Shown: positions 22,504 through 44,500 of the stretch, piece after piece
Layout of the letters: each line of letters begins with the position of its first letter
How positions within the stretch are numbered: the first letter of the stretch is position 1
Assembly (NCBI RefSeq): GCF_964204865.1
Contig: NC_135250.1
Span: 24,304,001-24,368,000, forward strand
Direction of reading: 5' to 3'
Length of the DNA stretch: 64,000 bases
Source: Styela clava
Taxonomy: Eukaryota
Program-made: the position numbers and the translations under genes
Notes under the pieces: generated by a model
The model's database searches: none
What the model was told of the DNA's origin: nothing
The model's input: the letters and a program-made list of their open reading frames with translations, nothing else

Positions 22504-25500
22504 GTTTTGCCACTCGTACAAATACTTGTTCATTCCATTAATAATTATTTGTGTACTAATATATCACTGCTGACCACTTATAACGACTCCAATCTTTGCA
22601 AATAAATGAAAGGCTTAGAAAGATGAAGGATTGTACAAACAGTATGTAGGCTATTCTCTTAACTCAAGTATTTAGTATAGCTCAGAACTTTCTTTGCTGT
22701 CCTATTCCGTTTGTGTCATTGCTGAGGCTACGTCAGTGTAAAAGCAATTAAATTGGCGTGTATATTTTGCAACGTAAGAAACTGTGGCACAGCACGTTTT
22801 GCGATGCCTTACTATATGACTTCCTGAATGGTCGTCATCAGTTAGGCTGACCGCAGTAACGCTTCCTGCGTGCAGTCGTGCGACAGTGAGTGACGTAAGT
22901 CGAGGTGACGGTTCGTGAACAGCTGTGATATTGTACCTTTGTACTATAATGCAGTAACGGCAGCATAAGCGATGGTGAGGGTTTTGTACAAGACGTGTAG
23001 TTTAGTAATGTTGTATGTCTTATGATAAAATGGGTTTGAAGTGGTGTTTTTCTACGGTAAAATCAAGATCTTTATTAATCCATATACGCTATGCCAGCTC
23101 GATTCACGCAACGAGGAGATCAGATGAGTTTCATTTTCGGGTAAAGCTTCCTGTCCAGTTTATAGTTATTGATTAGTCAATATTAAGCAAGCATACATGT
23201 CAGTAAAAAATCGACGTTATTTAAGAAGTTTTTTTAGAAAATGGGAATACTTAAGTTTCAGTTGCGACTTGTTTTATTATCAGCTTGCCTTGTATCATTG
23301 CGACATTTGTGTATGAAATCATTTAGAACATTCCTCAAAGGCGTAGAAGAAAAAATTGGTGATTTCGCAAAATTCTACGTAATTCAAGAGTCTCGCCATA
23401 GCGCAATGTATTTTTGTAACTATATTTGAAATATGATTGTTTGAAGAAATCTGGAATTGGCAAGACGAAACGTTTCTGAAATACATTTGTGTTAGTATGT
23501 ACTGAATCACTGAGAATGGTGATTTATATTCTTGCTAGAGTAAGTTACCTATATTTTAAAACCCGGGAAATAGGAACGTTATATAAAATCGTGTATAGGG
23601 TATGTGTTTAACGTTTGCTTTCTTTTCCGGGCAAACGTATTGAGGCGTAAAATTGCCGATTCCAAAAATTCCTTTACATATTCGTAACAACTCGACCCTC
23701 ACGTTGTGGGCGGATACCTGGCTTTATCAATAGAAAATGAAAATATTTGATGTTTTTGTTGGCGAGATATTTGAAAGATATAATACTAATAGAGATATAC
23801 GAATGATTTTCTTTATTGGCGCAGTCTACTAGAATGTTAGAAAGTGGTTTCAATTCTTACTTGCAGCTTGTAAACTCATTTTATTTTTATTTTTTTGAGA
23901 TACTTTGAGCAAATAATAAAAAACCAAACAAGTCGAAAGAAGAGATTCTAAAGTGAAAAGTATGGTAGAAAATATGTTACCAGAATTTTGTACATTTTAT
24001 TTTGCATAATTTACAAAATAACGAAATGAGCAAGTTATATATAAAATGACGATACGTTGACATATACACTATTATAATTAAATTGCAGAATTTGACAAAG
24101 TTGGTGTTATTATTGAAAAATATTTAATTCGATTTCCGAACTTAGCCACCCTTGCATTTATGCGGCTTTCAAATATGGCTTCGATATTTGAGATATAATA
24201 TGCATTGTTAATTTGTTATATTTGAAATGCAACGCATGTTAAAATATTAAGTTACAATACGTGATAGCCCCAAGAGTGCCAGTGTTTCTATTCAAGTTAT
24301 GTTTTTGAGGGGGACTGGCAGATAATTGAACTGGTTGTGTACGCCGTGAACCGAGCAAATATAATTATGAAAAATATTTTCAGTCAAAAAGTTTATCAAC
24401 GACCATCCATCATCAAACGAAAAGAATGCGTTTGAAGAAAATTGATTTTTTGATTGATAGACTCTGGTATGAATATTGATTAGGTGATCTGTATCATATG
24501 ATAACATTAGATACTTTCAATTCTCTTTGTACCTGGAGTAAGTAATTAGATAGATATAGGATTATAATGAAGGTACGTGATATGTTAATATTTTCAGGAC
24601 GTCAATATTTCTCAGAGTTGTACAAGGCGATAGCAAGGTTGACAGTCAAACAACGATGAAGTTCTGAATGTTACTCTATTTGGATTGTTATGGAGATATA
24701 TGGTTTTATGGTACTTTAATTTTAATTAATAGTTTATAAACCAAGATAGAGAAAATTTATTATTGGTAAAAATGTTAGTTAAGTGAAGTTTACTTCCGGG
24801 ATTGTCAGTTGCTGTAAAGTAACCCATGATGAGGCGCATGAAGGCCATTTCAACGTATGGGAGACAATGTGTTTATAATTAGGAAATATATAGGGCGGTC
24901 TGCGTTGCAAGATTCTAAATTTTAAACTTAAAGTCAGTGTTGAGATTCAGGGTGTTCGCTCGAACCCGGGCTCGGAATGCCGCGATAATTAATCAGTGAA
25001 CCTGTTCTTGTGTTGTTATAGCTATAACGTCGCCGTGGTTTTCAGACATGACGGAATATGTTGTTCGTGAATTCGATACAAAAGAGAACCTGATATTAAA
25101 GTTTTGAATTCCGCCTCTGCTTAAAGTATATAAATATATTTTGTTCGAAATATTAAACATGCGCAAACAATATAAGTTCATTTCGCTTTAAATTCGATTT
25201 TTCTGGTTGATTCCATAATTGGGTAATGGGTACATATCTGTGCGTGCATAACTAATGCATTCCAGATAATGTTGCGCAATATATAATTTTGACTTGATGG
25301 TATTTCAGAAGACTTTTAGAGCGACAATGAACAGGGACTAGTGGATGAGTTGAAAAGGAAATCCAGAACTGTTTTTTTAACTGAGTCTTAACTTTTGTGT
25401 GGTAATAAACCAACTTTTTTCATCACAAATTTGCTTCCAGTATCAGTTTTCAAATGAATAAATAAAATTCGGAATTTTTATAGAGTATAATAGTTATAAT

Positions 25501-27127
25501 ATTGGAAATAGAAATATTATTGGAAAATAGACATGCTGGCCTCCTTTTATCAAATCGCCTGACCATAAATGGACCCGTAATTCGCCGTATCGGTATGCTA
25601 CTGTAGAAGAAAACATTTTGAATAAGTAGGCCAATGTTCTCCTGGTCGTATTCATATCAATTGGCCACAAATATCCGATACGTTATCTTGTTTATGCTCC
25701 CATCGTAATATTGCCCAAGGCTGCTAGACAGCAGAGACAAACGTGTGTATAAACGTGTGTATACTGCAGCAGGTGAAAGTACTTGATTACGTAAACATTT
25801 ATATTCAATCCAGCAATTAGTAAAATGCGTTCACAAGGTTGGAATGTGATAGTTTATAATGCTATTCAGAAATTGCAAATGCAACATAGAGTATGAGTTT
25901 GCTAGTCCAACCAAGCAGATAATGGAATAATGACGTTGTAAAGTAGATAGTATTCGTCTGAACGGTCGCGAGTTGATAGACGCCTGGTTTACTTGTATAC
26001 AAAAAGTGGACGTTGGGTATGATGCCACACTATTTTTGACATTTTGCTATCAAAATTGCTTATTTGATGCGAGTTTTTACAATGCGAACATAATTAGTTG
26101 ACACTGCTTAGATCAATTAGAACTGATGGAAGTTTTCATGAAAATTTGAACAAATTTGCGGGTCGGAAGTCAAGTTAAACTATGTATTCACTTTTTTCTA
26201 ATAATAAATAATAATATGATACATTCGTCTCCAAAATTATTGTCTAGAATTAAATGCACCTGAAATATTCCAATGTAATTTTACGCTGCATCAGGATAGT
26301 ACTAAAAGTGTTAATTTCACAGTAATTACATCTGACAGACAAGCATTTATTTATACTTGTGTTTTCGCACCTTAGAAAATATAGGTGTGTTGTAAATACC
26401 TAATTTTCACTTTGCGTAAATGTAAAAGAATTTGAAATCGATACTTAATTATAATGTTCGTCAACAAACCGTTTTAGCGTGAACATTCCTGACGTATGAG
26501 CTCACTGATGACGAATTATGTACCAGCAGGTAAATACAATTTTTTAAACAAAAAAATGGAGGAGTCTTTTTCTCATTATTTTGGCAGGCTTTGCATCCCA
26601 GCTTGTTATCTAATGGCTTCGTATATAACTGAAAGACAATATTAGAACACCAATTTCTCGATTTTCAGAGTCTTGCCTACAGCGAACTGTAATTTCCCCA
26701 TTACATTGTAGCTTTAAAATGTATAGCCTAACACTTCACAGTCGGTTATTTCTCTACGCAGTCTTGTGCGAGTACTATACATTTATCAATGATTTTCACG
26801 CATGGCCGAATATAAAAAGTAAGCATTTTTCCTCTATTGCTTCTATGACGTATTATGCCATTTCGTTTCTCTGATTGTATTCTGTTGTTTTTTAAAAATA
26901 CCTGCCCAGTTTCGTGATGTGCGTTGTACTTACCGGTACGAAGGGAAATTTCCTCTTCAAAACAGGAAGGAATCTATACAACAAGGGATTTCTGCTTGAA
27001 CGCCGCAGTGATTCAGTCATTGTGTCAGTTGCCATTTGTGTAGTCTATGAACGTGAAAAGGGAGCATTTTGCCGCCCTTATCATATATATTGGTTCAGGT
27101 GTAAGCTATAATATAACATGTCTGCGA

Positions 27128-27461
27128 ATGCCTTACCTGTATGTAGATTGGACCCTTCACAAAAACAAAGGGTGCTAGCGAAGCGCGGGTTCACCACACT
27201 ACAACGCGAAATCTACATTAACGCGAGGCCGAGGTAAACTTCATGGCATCATTTTGTATTGCCTTCAATCGGTGTTAACTAGACTATAACATTCCCGTAA
27301 ATGCCTTACTGTATGCTGTTGTTAGACCTTCGGCGTAAAGAAAGGGTGCTACCATAGCGCGAAGTCTACCACACCATAGTGCGAGATCTACCTCAAGCGT
27401 GAGGTGTCTGTTGAGGTCAGAGTGCAGCTCTAGGAGCGATTTGAACTGCCCTCAATCGATG
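27128..27461. repeat. Degenerate two-copy tandem repeat (about 172-bp period)
   Basis: AATGCCTTAC.TGTATG...AAAGGGTGCTA...ACCACAC...ATCTAC...TGCC.TCAATCG.TG occurs at 27128 and 27300. Confidence 0.7.
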
Positions 27462-28675
27462 AACCAGTTCAGGCCGGGAAGGAATATGAGACTGCGGCAA
27501 GGTATTCGACATATGCCGCTAGACCTCAAGCTATAAGCACCAAGAAAAGTTTTGGGAAGGCTAGAAGAAACTCCCATCTTTTACGGCATACAGAGAAGTA
27601 CATGTAAAGGGAGTTGATCCAAATGTACTACTTCATACTTACCGTTGTGTTTTAGATTGATGTGTTTTTTCGGAAATTAACCGGGTCTTTGTTTCGAAAC
27701 TGTTCGCCAGATACGACAGTAAATAGTGTTTGAATATGCCCAGGCCATGAGCCTAATGGTAGATTTTCACTGATGTTCCATAAACTACAATAGCATTTCG
27801 TAGCCGCAATTGTCGTAATTTCAATTGATTGATAGACCCAAATGATTGACAATGTTGTCGCTCCCACTGTGGTAGTCGACCAACTCGTAAACAATAATCG
27901 ATTCTCATGGAAACAAATTGACTTGTAATTTAACGGCGTCGTAAAATGGCAATTTTTGCACCCATTGCCACCGCGAGCAAAAGCAAGCCTGGGAAATTGT
28001 CGCTCTACGAAACAACCGATTTTACATAGTGCTCGTAATCGAACTTTCAATTTTGAAAATGCGATATTTCACTATCAGATTTCAGCTACGAATATGGCGT
28101 AAAACGGTTAATATCAAAAAACTCTGGTATGTCAGTACTGGCAAAACCTTTTTCATGCGTTGCCTGCAATCATGCCTTCCAAGCATTCGAGTTTCTGTAA
28201 TGCATTAAAAGTATATCTTGGCGAAGTAATGCTGATTTTATGCGTTACTGGTGAATGGGCCTCTATATTCAAGTTTAACGAGACATTTCCTTAAATGTTC
28301 TAGAATCTAATTCTAGACTACAACACATTGACTTTTTGTGCAGCCTTTGCATTTATTTTTTCTCTGGTCGTTGAATGCAATTAAATCTAATTCGTTAATT
28401 GAACTTGAAATGCATAACAATCGATTGAAATGAACGCAATATTATTTTATGATCATTTAGAACATTACGATCAAAATTTTCATTCAGTATTCGTTGTTAC
28501 CAATTTCCGAATTTTAGTAGACTACGTCAACATAGGCTTTTAATTTTTACGACAGTCACTCAACGCTATTCTTTGTGAATCTTTAGAAATGTAGGCGGTG
28601 TGAAATAATGTATAGCGTGAGTAGTCTAATTTAAAACAGCAATATTTGAACGAATTGCCGTTCTTTTGTATCAAT

Positions 28676-36544
<7,869 letters not shown>

Positions 36545-37138
36545 TGACGTCATAAATAGGCAATATAGTTAGTTAGGCAAGTTAATTATAAACCCCGTCT
36601 TCCAGTTGCCACTCTGCCAATTGAAATTTTATGATATTATTGCTATTTTCAATTATCGTCGCATTAGGAATTACGTCATGTGCATGGTGACGTCACATAC
36701 TAATTCGAATATACATCTCGTAGAAGAAAGTCTTTTATTTATCACGCTCCCAGATTATATGAAAAATTTGAAAATTCTTTATATTTTTATTTTTTTCTCT
36801 CTCGTAGCTATCTCAAGTTTTTTTATTCTGTTTTTTCATAAAATAAGCTTATCAACTATTGTTTTTCATTTTATCGTCATATTTTATCCAGTTCCGCCAT
36901 TGCAGTAAATTATCGTAGATAAGAACATTATTATTTTATGATTTTGATATTTTTTATTCCAATGTTACGACATTCTTCTTATTTTGATTTGTTCGTAGTG
37001 TTTTATATGGGTGTTTCCGATGCCTCAACATTAGCGTATATGCGGTCATTTCTTTTTGTATAGAAGATTTTGCGTTGTTTTAATTCGTTTACTAATATGT
37101 GGTCGAAGGCAACGTCTCTGTATATTTTGAATTTTCCC

Positions 37139-37332
37139 TGGGGTGTCTCAAAAATGTCGTGTCCTGCTTGTTCCACACTCGTACCAATTGTATGAATCTC
37201 ACTCCATGTGGATAGAATGCTTACTCGAACGGCTTTAATCTATCCTAACCAAGAGTAGTTGTGCAAGTAGGACAAAATGGGACATGTCTGGGAAGTAGTA
37301 AAAAAAAACATTTTTGAGATACAGACACCCCG
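37139..37332. mobile_element. Degenerate MITE-like fold-back element
   Basis: GGGGTGTCTCAAAAATGT ... ACATTTTTGAGA(TACA)GACACCCC terminal inverted repeat, plus inner GTCCTGCTTG/CAAGTAGGAC inverted pair. Confidence 0.55.
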
Positions 37333-38787
37333 TGTCGGGATTTCATAATTCTAAAATTACAATCTATATCAAAAAACTATTGCAAACAAAGTTTTCGCAG
37401 TCAAAATTTTGCCATCATCAAATAGGAGGCGAGTGTCAGCGGTGCAGCGCAGTTGTGGAGTCACATTTTTTCACCAAAATCAGTTTATTGGATAGTCCTA
37501 TCCGGTCTCGTCTTTTACGCGACACTGCTGGCCTGCATATACTGCAAAGAGAAATTTGAGCGACTATATTCACCATGATAACATTGGGTGAAAGTTTTAT
37601 ATTTTCAAATAATTCGTTTCAGGGTTTATTTTGCCATAAACTAACCTTCAATTACTTTTTATTTATTCATTCTCTACGATTGTCGCTCTGTATAGTCAAC
37701 CTACCCAATTTCATACACAACTGGGGTCGTCGAGTCTTTCAGTCCCAAATCTGAGATACCTGTATATTATAGTGAATTCGGGTCGTCGCGTTTTCTTGAA
37801 TATCTTTTTTTGTGTACAGTCTTATAAATTGCAACATTGATCATCATTTCCATGGCAGTATTTTTATGATTTACTCATTATATATATATTGTGTTTACGA
37901 TAATATTGTTCTATAGTTTTCTTGCTCTATTGGATCGTTATTGATCTTCTTTTCAATCTTGCTTTAATCGATCTTTTATATTAAATTGTATTCAATCAAC
38001 GCCCAGTTTGATATGTGGAAGCAAGGAAGACTGTAATCATGCACGACCTTAATATAATGTGCTGTTTCTTGCTGATGAGCATTCAGAAGACGAACCCGTT
38101 CTTAAAATGTCCGGCCAGCGTTATATTTCCAAGAATTATGTTTAAGATTGGTGCAAAGCGGGTCATGTTGATGTAGCTTACGCAATGACATATATCAGTT
38201 AATATAGAGTTCAAATTCTTCTTATCATGTAATCTTATGTTAAGTTCTCGTATTTTTATAGATTTCTGAATAGTTTTCTGAAACAAGGCACCTTTTGTTA
38301 GTGCTTTTGATATCAAGAAACTTTTTTAAATTTTAAATCCCATCGCTGGTGGCATCATGTAGTGTGCAATAATTCTTAATGTTATGTATATCCGCAGAAA
38401 ACTTGAATAAAGGGCTATAGCATAAATTTGACGAGCGAACGAGCGGTTACGGGATAACTCCAAAAGTGAATACCCACAGCCAAACTATTTATGCTGTCGT
38501 GCCGACTTTTATCTTTCGATTCGATTACATATGCGAAAGCTAGGCAGTGTTTGTATTTATAAAATATGCAACATAGCTGCCGTGTTTGGAATACTTGATA
38601 GACCTGGACTTTCAACAAATTTAAGGGTCACATTAGACAATTTTACGATCAGTCAATCGCATGCATGACTTGATATTAGTTTCTTGCTCTAAAAGTCACC
38701 ATACTTTTGTATGGCACCTGAAATCAACGATGCAACACAAAAAGTAGTGCGACAAGCAATGGCAGTCGATTCTTCTATAAATAATTT

Positions 38788-38966
38788 GGCACTCCAGAAG
38801 TGTGTGTGCCAATATGAAGATAACTAATTTTGTTCGCCTACTTCACATCAAATTGTGCAAAGGGACTGAAGCCTATGGGCAAGAGATATAATAATCACTT
38901 TGCTAACACGGACAGTCCCCAAACTCCTAATACACTAAAATACGAAAATGGGAATAAAATTATGGC
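38788..38966. mobile_element. Same family, truncated copy between TTC22 and LURAP1
   Basis: Colinear with 22286..22460 over about 175 bp. Confidence 0.75.
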
Positions 38967-39775
38967 TTATTTGGTTAGATAAGTCTATCACGGCACACAA
39001 CGAAGATTTGTAAATATAGCAAGCAATCCCTAACAATCCGTGTCTTGATTCCTAGGATAGAGGATATAGTGCGTCCTTGAGTCTCACAGTTTGACACTAT
39101 TAAACATCTCACACCAAATGTATTGTAATCATTTCATCTGCTTGTATTTCATTTTTGATTCCAAAAAGGGAAAATTAATCGAAGTAGAAACATAATTTAA
39201 CAACAAACATAATAAAAACAGCAAATTCGGCCATATATAGAGCCGACATGCGAATCGTAGTAAACACCTATACACAGGTTATCAAAAAATTCATCGGTCA
39301 GTTTTTTCTTTTCAAAAATTTGAAAGGCGGAAAAAATGATAATTATTGTTACGTCATAAACAAGTTGGAAATTGTCCTTGAAAATGACAGTTTTTGTGAA
39401 TGAGAGAACAATTTTAATCAGTAAGGTCGTTTACAGGACGCCTTAGACTTTGGCATTATTTTTAGGTTACAAGTATGCTAACATTTATGGAACATCGTTA
39501 CAAAAAAGGTCGAGTGGCAATATAATAAGTAAAAATCACAAAAATTAAAAATAAATATTGCAGAAAAAAATGAGAACGGCTAGCAAAAACATACATAACA
39601 AACACGGATGATCCATACATAGTCCGTGCTTGTCCGAATACAATAACGACCATCTTGCAAACACGCCTGCGCGCCACAATGTGTCAAACAAAACAACCCC
39701 ACTTTCTTGGTTTTTCTTTGGTCGGTTGCTAACCAAAGGCATAGTACGTCATTGGCTTCGTACACTTTAGTGACA

Positions 39776-41506
39776 TCACAAGTACGTGACGTCATCTTGC
39801 GTTTGTATCCAGTTGTAAACCGCTTGATTGGAACCCTTGTTTGTGGGTTTGTAAGATACAGTCAAAACACGGTCGGTTTCGGTCTTCGTGTGGTACGATT
39901 TTGACCGAATTTTCGGTACTGGTCTGGTCTGGGTCGGTTCAGGCAAATTGTGGGCTCCCTGGTTCGAATACTTTGGTGCATATGACGCTGGGAACGCTTT
40001 ACTGTGCGGTATGGCAATATATTCGTTAGACTGTACAGTGTGCCGCCTTCTCTGGACCCAAACAGGTTCTTGTACTGGTCTTGAGTAACTATCAGCTTCG
40101 TTCATGACAAATTTCGTTGGGGAATGTAACGACGAACTCGAACTTGATGACGTCAGGGATGACGATGACGTACGTGAAGATGATGACGTCAGCGATCCTG
40201 CTGAACCAGCAGCAGAAGGCTTTCGCACCACTGGAGGGCATTGTCTTGTGCTTCGTAACGGTTGTCGTTGTCTTGAGACATCGATAAGATTTTGATAGTC
40301 TCGACGTTCAATTTCAAATTTTGTGCCTGCGTCCGAATCGTTGGAGTATAATCGTCCATTTTCGTACATTATGTCTGGTTCTTGTTCAGCAATAGGTACA
40401 AAAGCTAAATTTTGTAACTGGTTTCCGACGTTCATTCGTGCTATATGTCGTTTATGTGAAGGATGTTGCAGGAGCCTGTATGCAGCTGACTTTTTATCGT
40501 TTGCAGAATACGGACGACGATTAGGAACGCTAGGAAGTGCATCATGAGTGCCATCAGGACGAACAGAAATCCTTTTAGCGCGGTTGCGAATATCTTGAGG
40601 TTCTAGATTAGAGGAGGCGGATCTTGGCCTTGGCTTTTGATACGCATCACTGCTAGAGCGGAACGGGCCAGAATAACTTCTATTTATAATGCTTTTCCTT
40701 ACAGCAAGTGCGTATTCTGCAGCATCGCGGGAATCAGAACCGTTTGATCCTCTTCGTGTAGAATAACCAGAGCTATTATGAATCATACCATCGTCATAAT
40801 GTTTTGTGCTGTTCTGGTACACTCCCGCATTGAAAGACTGCGTTTGGCGGGGAAACGGGTATGACCCACGTTTCATAGATGATCCGTGCATACGATAGTA
40901 TCCTTCTATATCACCGGCAAAGTCTTCTTCTATTGAATAGTCTGTCTGTCTGAGTGTCGCTGGGTGATTACAGTCTGTCTGTCTGAGTGTCGTTGTTCGC
41001 TCACTTTTTTGTGAAGCTTTATCTAATGAAGAAGACCCCGTGGATGCGTTAGATATATTGGACGAAGGTGGACTCGAGGATCGGTTTGATACTGGAAGAG
41101 ACGTCGTCGATGACAGTGTAGAGGAGGCACCGCTCATTGAAAGAGCTGAATCGCTCGATGTAGACACTAAGTCAGAGTCTAAACACTTTTTTGAGGCCAC
41201 TATAGGAGGTTCCTGATTTACAGGTGTATCATCAGCCGGTAATGTGTCATCGTTATCAAAAACCTCACAGCTCGAATTTTGGCGCGAAAGTACAGACTGT
41301 ATACTTTCTTCGTCATCTTCTTGTTCTTCCGGAACAATTTCCGGTACGAGGTCAAAGTTGACAGTTACGGGATCTTGACCTTCTTCACTCAAACTTCGTT
41401 TGATCGCTTCTTGTTTTTCTTCCACCATCCACCGTTGTTCTTCTATTCTATCGTTGATCACTAAAAACTTCCGCAGGATGTCTCTGTCGAGTTGGCGCAA
41501 TTGTTT
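39776..41506 (-). CDS. LURAP1: LURAP1/LRAP35-family leucine-rich adaptor protein, coding exon 2 (576 aa, ends QDDVTYL*)
   Basis: Acceptor tttaatttcag| at 41507. Exon begins KQLRQLDRDILRKFLVINDRIEEQRWMVEE, the second half of the LURAP leucine motif (cf. vertebrate LRATDVRLMRQLLVINESIESIKWMIEE). C-terminus WIQTQDDVTYL resembles the LURAP1 PDZ-binding end QDDVTFL. The ORF-track start is a TTG inside the exon, not the real start. Confidence 0.85.
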   Translation of the reverse strand, partial: KQLRQLDRDILRKFLVINDRIEEQRWMVEEKQEAIKRSLSEEGQDPVTVNFDLVPEIVPEEQEDDEESIQSVLSRQNSSCEVFDNDDTLPADDTPVNQEPPIVASKKCLDSDLVSTSSDSALSMSGASSTLSSTTSLPVSNRSSSPPSSNISNASTGSSSLDKASQKSERTTTLRQTDCNHPATLRQTDYSIEEDFAGDIEGYYRMHGSSMKRGSYPFPRQTQSFNAGVYQNSTKHYDDGMIHNSSGYSTRRGSNGSDSRDAAEYALAVRKSIINRSYSGPFRSSSDAYQKPRPRSASSNLEPQDIRNRAKRISVRPDGTHDALPSVPNRRPYSANDKKSAAYRLLQHPSHKRHIARMNVGNQLQNLAFVPIAEQEPDIMYENGRLYSNDSDAGTKFEIERRDYQNLIDVSRQRQPLRSTRQCPPVVRKPSAAGSAGSLTSSSSRTSSSSLTSSSSSSSLHSPTKFVMNEADSYSRPVQEPVWVQRRRHTVQSNEYIAIPHSKAFPASYAPKYSNQGAHNLPEPTQTRPVPKIRSKSYHTKTETDRVLTVSYKPTNKGSNQAVYNWIQTQDDVTYL

Positions 41507-44500
41507 CTGAAATTAAAGAAAATGGAGTAAATTACTAAATTCTCACAAAAATAACGAAAATCAATAGTTTTATGCCATTAAAATTCATATCCAAAATTTT
41601 GACAAATAAATATTAAGCGTGATCTTTTACAGTCAGGGTATAAAAAAGCTATTGTGTAACCCACGCCAAAAAATCCGTTCTAAACTCGTTTATGAACCCA
41701 GATGTGGGGCAGATATCATGCAATCAGTAAAACTATGTAACTCAAAACAATGCACAACAGTTTAATTGTCTTCGTGTCTGTCTATAACACACAAACAAAT
41801 GACATCGACAAATACACTTGATTGTCTTGTGAATGATTTCAGTGACTTTTGTTTGCGCAAGACGACCTTTTAAATGTTTGACATTGCGCAGGCTCATCTT
41901 GAATTTTATTTCATTTACATTGGCCAAGGAAGGTTCAATGATAACCTAGCTCTATTCGAGCTTGATTATCAATGTACCATACAAAAGTAAGATATGAAAT
42001 TACGGTATTTATTTTAACGTAGGTAAAGGTCAATGAGTTACTTGTGATATGTAACCTTTCGTACAAATTTTGAAAATAATGACGTCACAAAAGTGACGTA
42101 AGACTTTCATAACAAAATTAATGACCTTCACACAAACAACTTAGAAATCCTGCTATGCTAATTAGTTGAGGCAGTAAAAATTTACTGAAATCTACATTGC
42201 GGCGATTCTGTCTCGAAAGCAATAGTAGATTCAGCAAAAACCCAAACGAGTATATACAGACAAGACATTCCAATTATGCATCTATATCAATATAAATTAT
42301 TAATAGGTATGAGACAGATAAACCAACAATATGCAAGTCATGGCCCAGACCGAACTAGACGCCTTCTGGTCGGAACAATGTTCCTTATCTCACAAAAGTG
42401 GAGATACCTTGGTATTTCATTGCATAACTATCAAATGGAATTCTTTCCATATAAGAATTACAGATTCAATATTCGTTGCAGCACAAGTAAAAATGTACAA
42501 CTTCATCACACATAGAAATTCAATTTGCATTTCGATATATATGATTGTTAGTATGCTTTCCTTCTTGCACAAATAATTTTTTTGCTGCATTTACGCCAGG
42601 GTGTTAGATGCTCAATAACCATATTTTACGCTTATTTTTTAGTCCATCATTCGTGTTTATAAACAATAAAAAATTTCTAAATTTTGCTCGGTTTCCGGGT
42701 ATGCGCTTAAACTTATTTGGCGACGTTTAATCATTTTCCGGCTAAAATTCAATTTATTTTTGCATTGTTTTGGATTTCATAGAAATGTCGATACCTAAAT
42801 ACACAGATAAGAATTGTTGTTTTTTGCATTTTCCAGTTAAGTGACCTAGAAAGTTGTGAAAATCAAATATTTATGATATAAAAGACACACAAACCAATAC
42901 CCAGGTACTGATAAGAAAATTCAACAATTCAAAATGGGTTAAATCCACACCATTATCATGCATGGTCCGAACTCGTCAAGTGATAAACCTTAAGTTCGAT
43001 CGCGCATAAGTTCGACATATATCAAGGTTTTGAGTAGCTCTTCATTTCTACAGTATATATTTTTTAATAAAGCAAATATTATGATGTCACGTACGCGTGA
43101 CGTCAGTATTATCAATTCCACAGATTTTTTCTAATTATTTTTTGGTCAGTAATGAATAATAGCTATATTCTAATCGAATCGAAGTACCCTTTCCCTTGTT
43201 AACCACAAAATTATAGTCTAGACCCGTTAATGCACTCCGTTAACCCTCGATGACGCCCGCTATCAGTCTTTGTCAGAAATAGTAAGCCATAAAGCAAACA
43301 AACACAAGTTAGCGGGTTGATTATTTCGATTTAACCAATGCCAAATTACGTATCAGCCATATATAAAACAGGTCATTTACCGAAGGTCCATCCTTAACCA
43401 CCATTTTTGAGAAAATAAAAACTACTAGTTTACCAAACTTGCCGATGATGATGTATGTCTTAGTCGTGTCTTGACGCTACAGGAACCCAGTAAAATATCG
43501 AACCAAGACACGACAGAAACGATAATTGCATTTTTGTGTTGTAAAATTGTACATTTTTGTGTAAACTTAACACAAAACAGATAAAACTATACCGTGATAA
43601 GCGTGATAATATGCAGACCTTTTCCACTCACTAAGTAATGCGGTCTCAATGAGTAAAATAAATCGCCCAAACTGGAATTTTAATAACTTTCTAGTTTTTA
43701 TTTCGTAAATCATCTCATTTATCATTACGGATAGAAAAAGAGAGAGAGATGGAGTACAGTAATTTGGTAGCATTGAGTAAACCAAGACTAGCAAGATTTA
43801 AATCGACTGGAATCAAATTTTGAAAATTGAAAAAAGATTCCCTTCCGCACGAACGATTGTTATATGAGCAAACATATAATCAACCCCAATAACTTCGTTT
43901 ATTTCTAGATTTTATAGTTTCCCATTTTGATCATGTAGTGTAAAATCGATCAAATATTTAGATGGCTCCAAAAATTGCGAAATAAAAGCACGCAATTATT
44001 ATAAAAATATTGGATATCATTTATCATTCGATCCAAGCAAAAATATATATATAATGCCACTGTATTGGTTAGGTAAAATTTCGGAGCGTGATAATAGAAG
44101 TGTAAAGGATGTCGGTTTGTCCATCCCATTTATATTCTAACGTCCTTCTCTACTCCCCTTTGCACAATCGCCGTAGGGGTTGTTTCTATTTACGATCGTA
44201 GTAATTATAAGGTTTCTCAATGAACAGGTGCCATATCAAAGGTTTGTCACGCCGATTATTATAGATTTTACAAGTAAAACTGATTAATCGTTTCACAGGG
44301 AATCGTGTATGGATGATAAACATGTTTTCGTAAATTGAATGGGTAATTGTAACTGTAAGCAATTATACAAGAAATTATAACCATATTCTTATTTAACGAA
44401 ATATGAAATGTGTGGTACTCAATTCTGTGCTACGATCATTTTTTTGTTGTGATACCCTGTACTGGCATCCACTAAATGCTACTTTGTGTGAAAAGACCGC

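Noticed and set aside
22780-23145. CpG-richer patch with a donor-like site as TTC22 promoter and first exon
   Set aside because: Plausible given the acceptor-like TTAAAACAG at 28631-28639, but not supportable without transcript data.
27652-28050. 132-aa minus-strand ORF
   Set aside because: Non-ATG start, no motif, and composition typical of a random ORF.
39545-41464. Small ORFs overlapping LURAP1 exon 2, including the acidic 40104..40295
   Set aside because: Reverse-complement or off-frame products of the Ser-rich coding tract.
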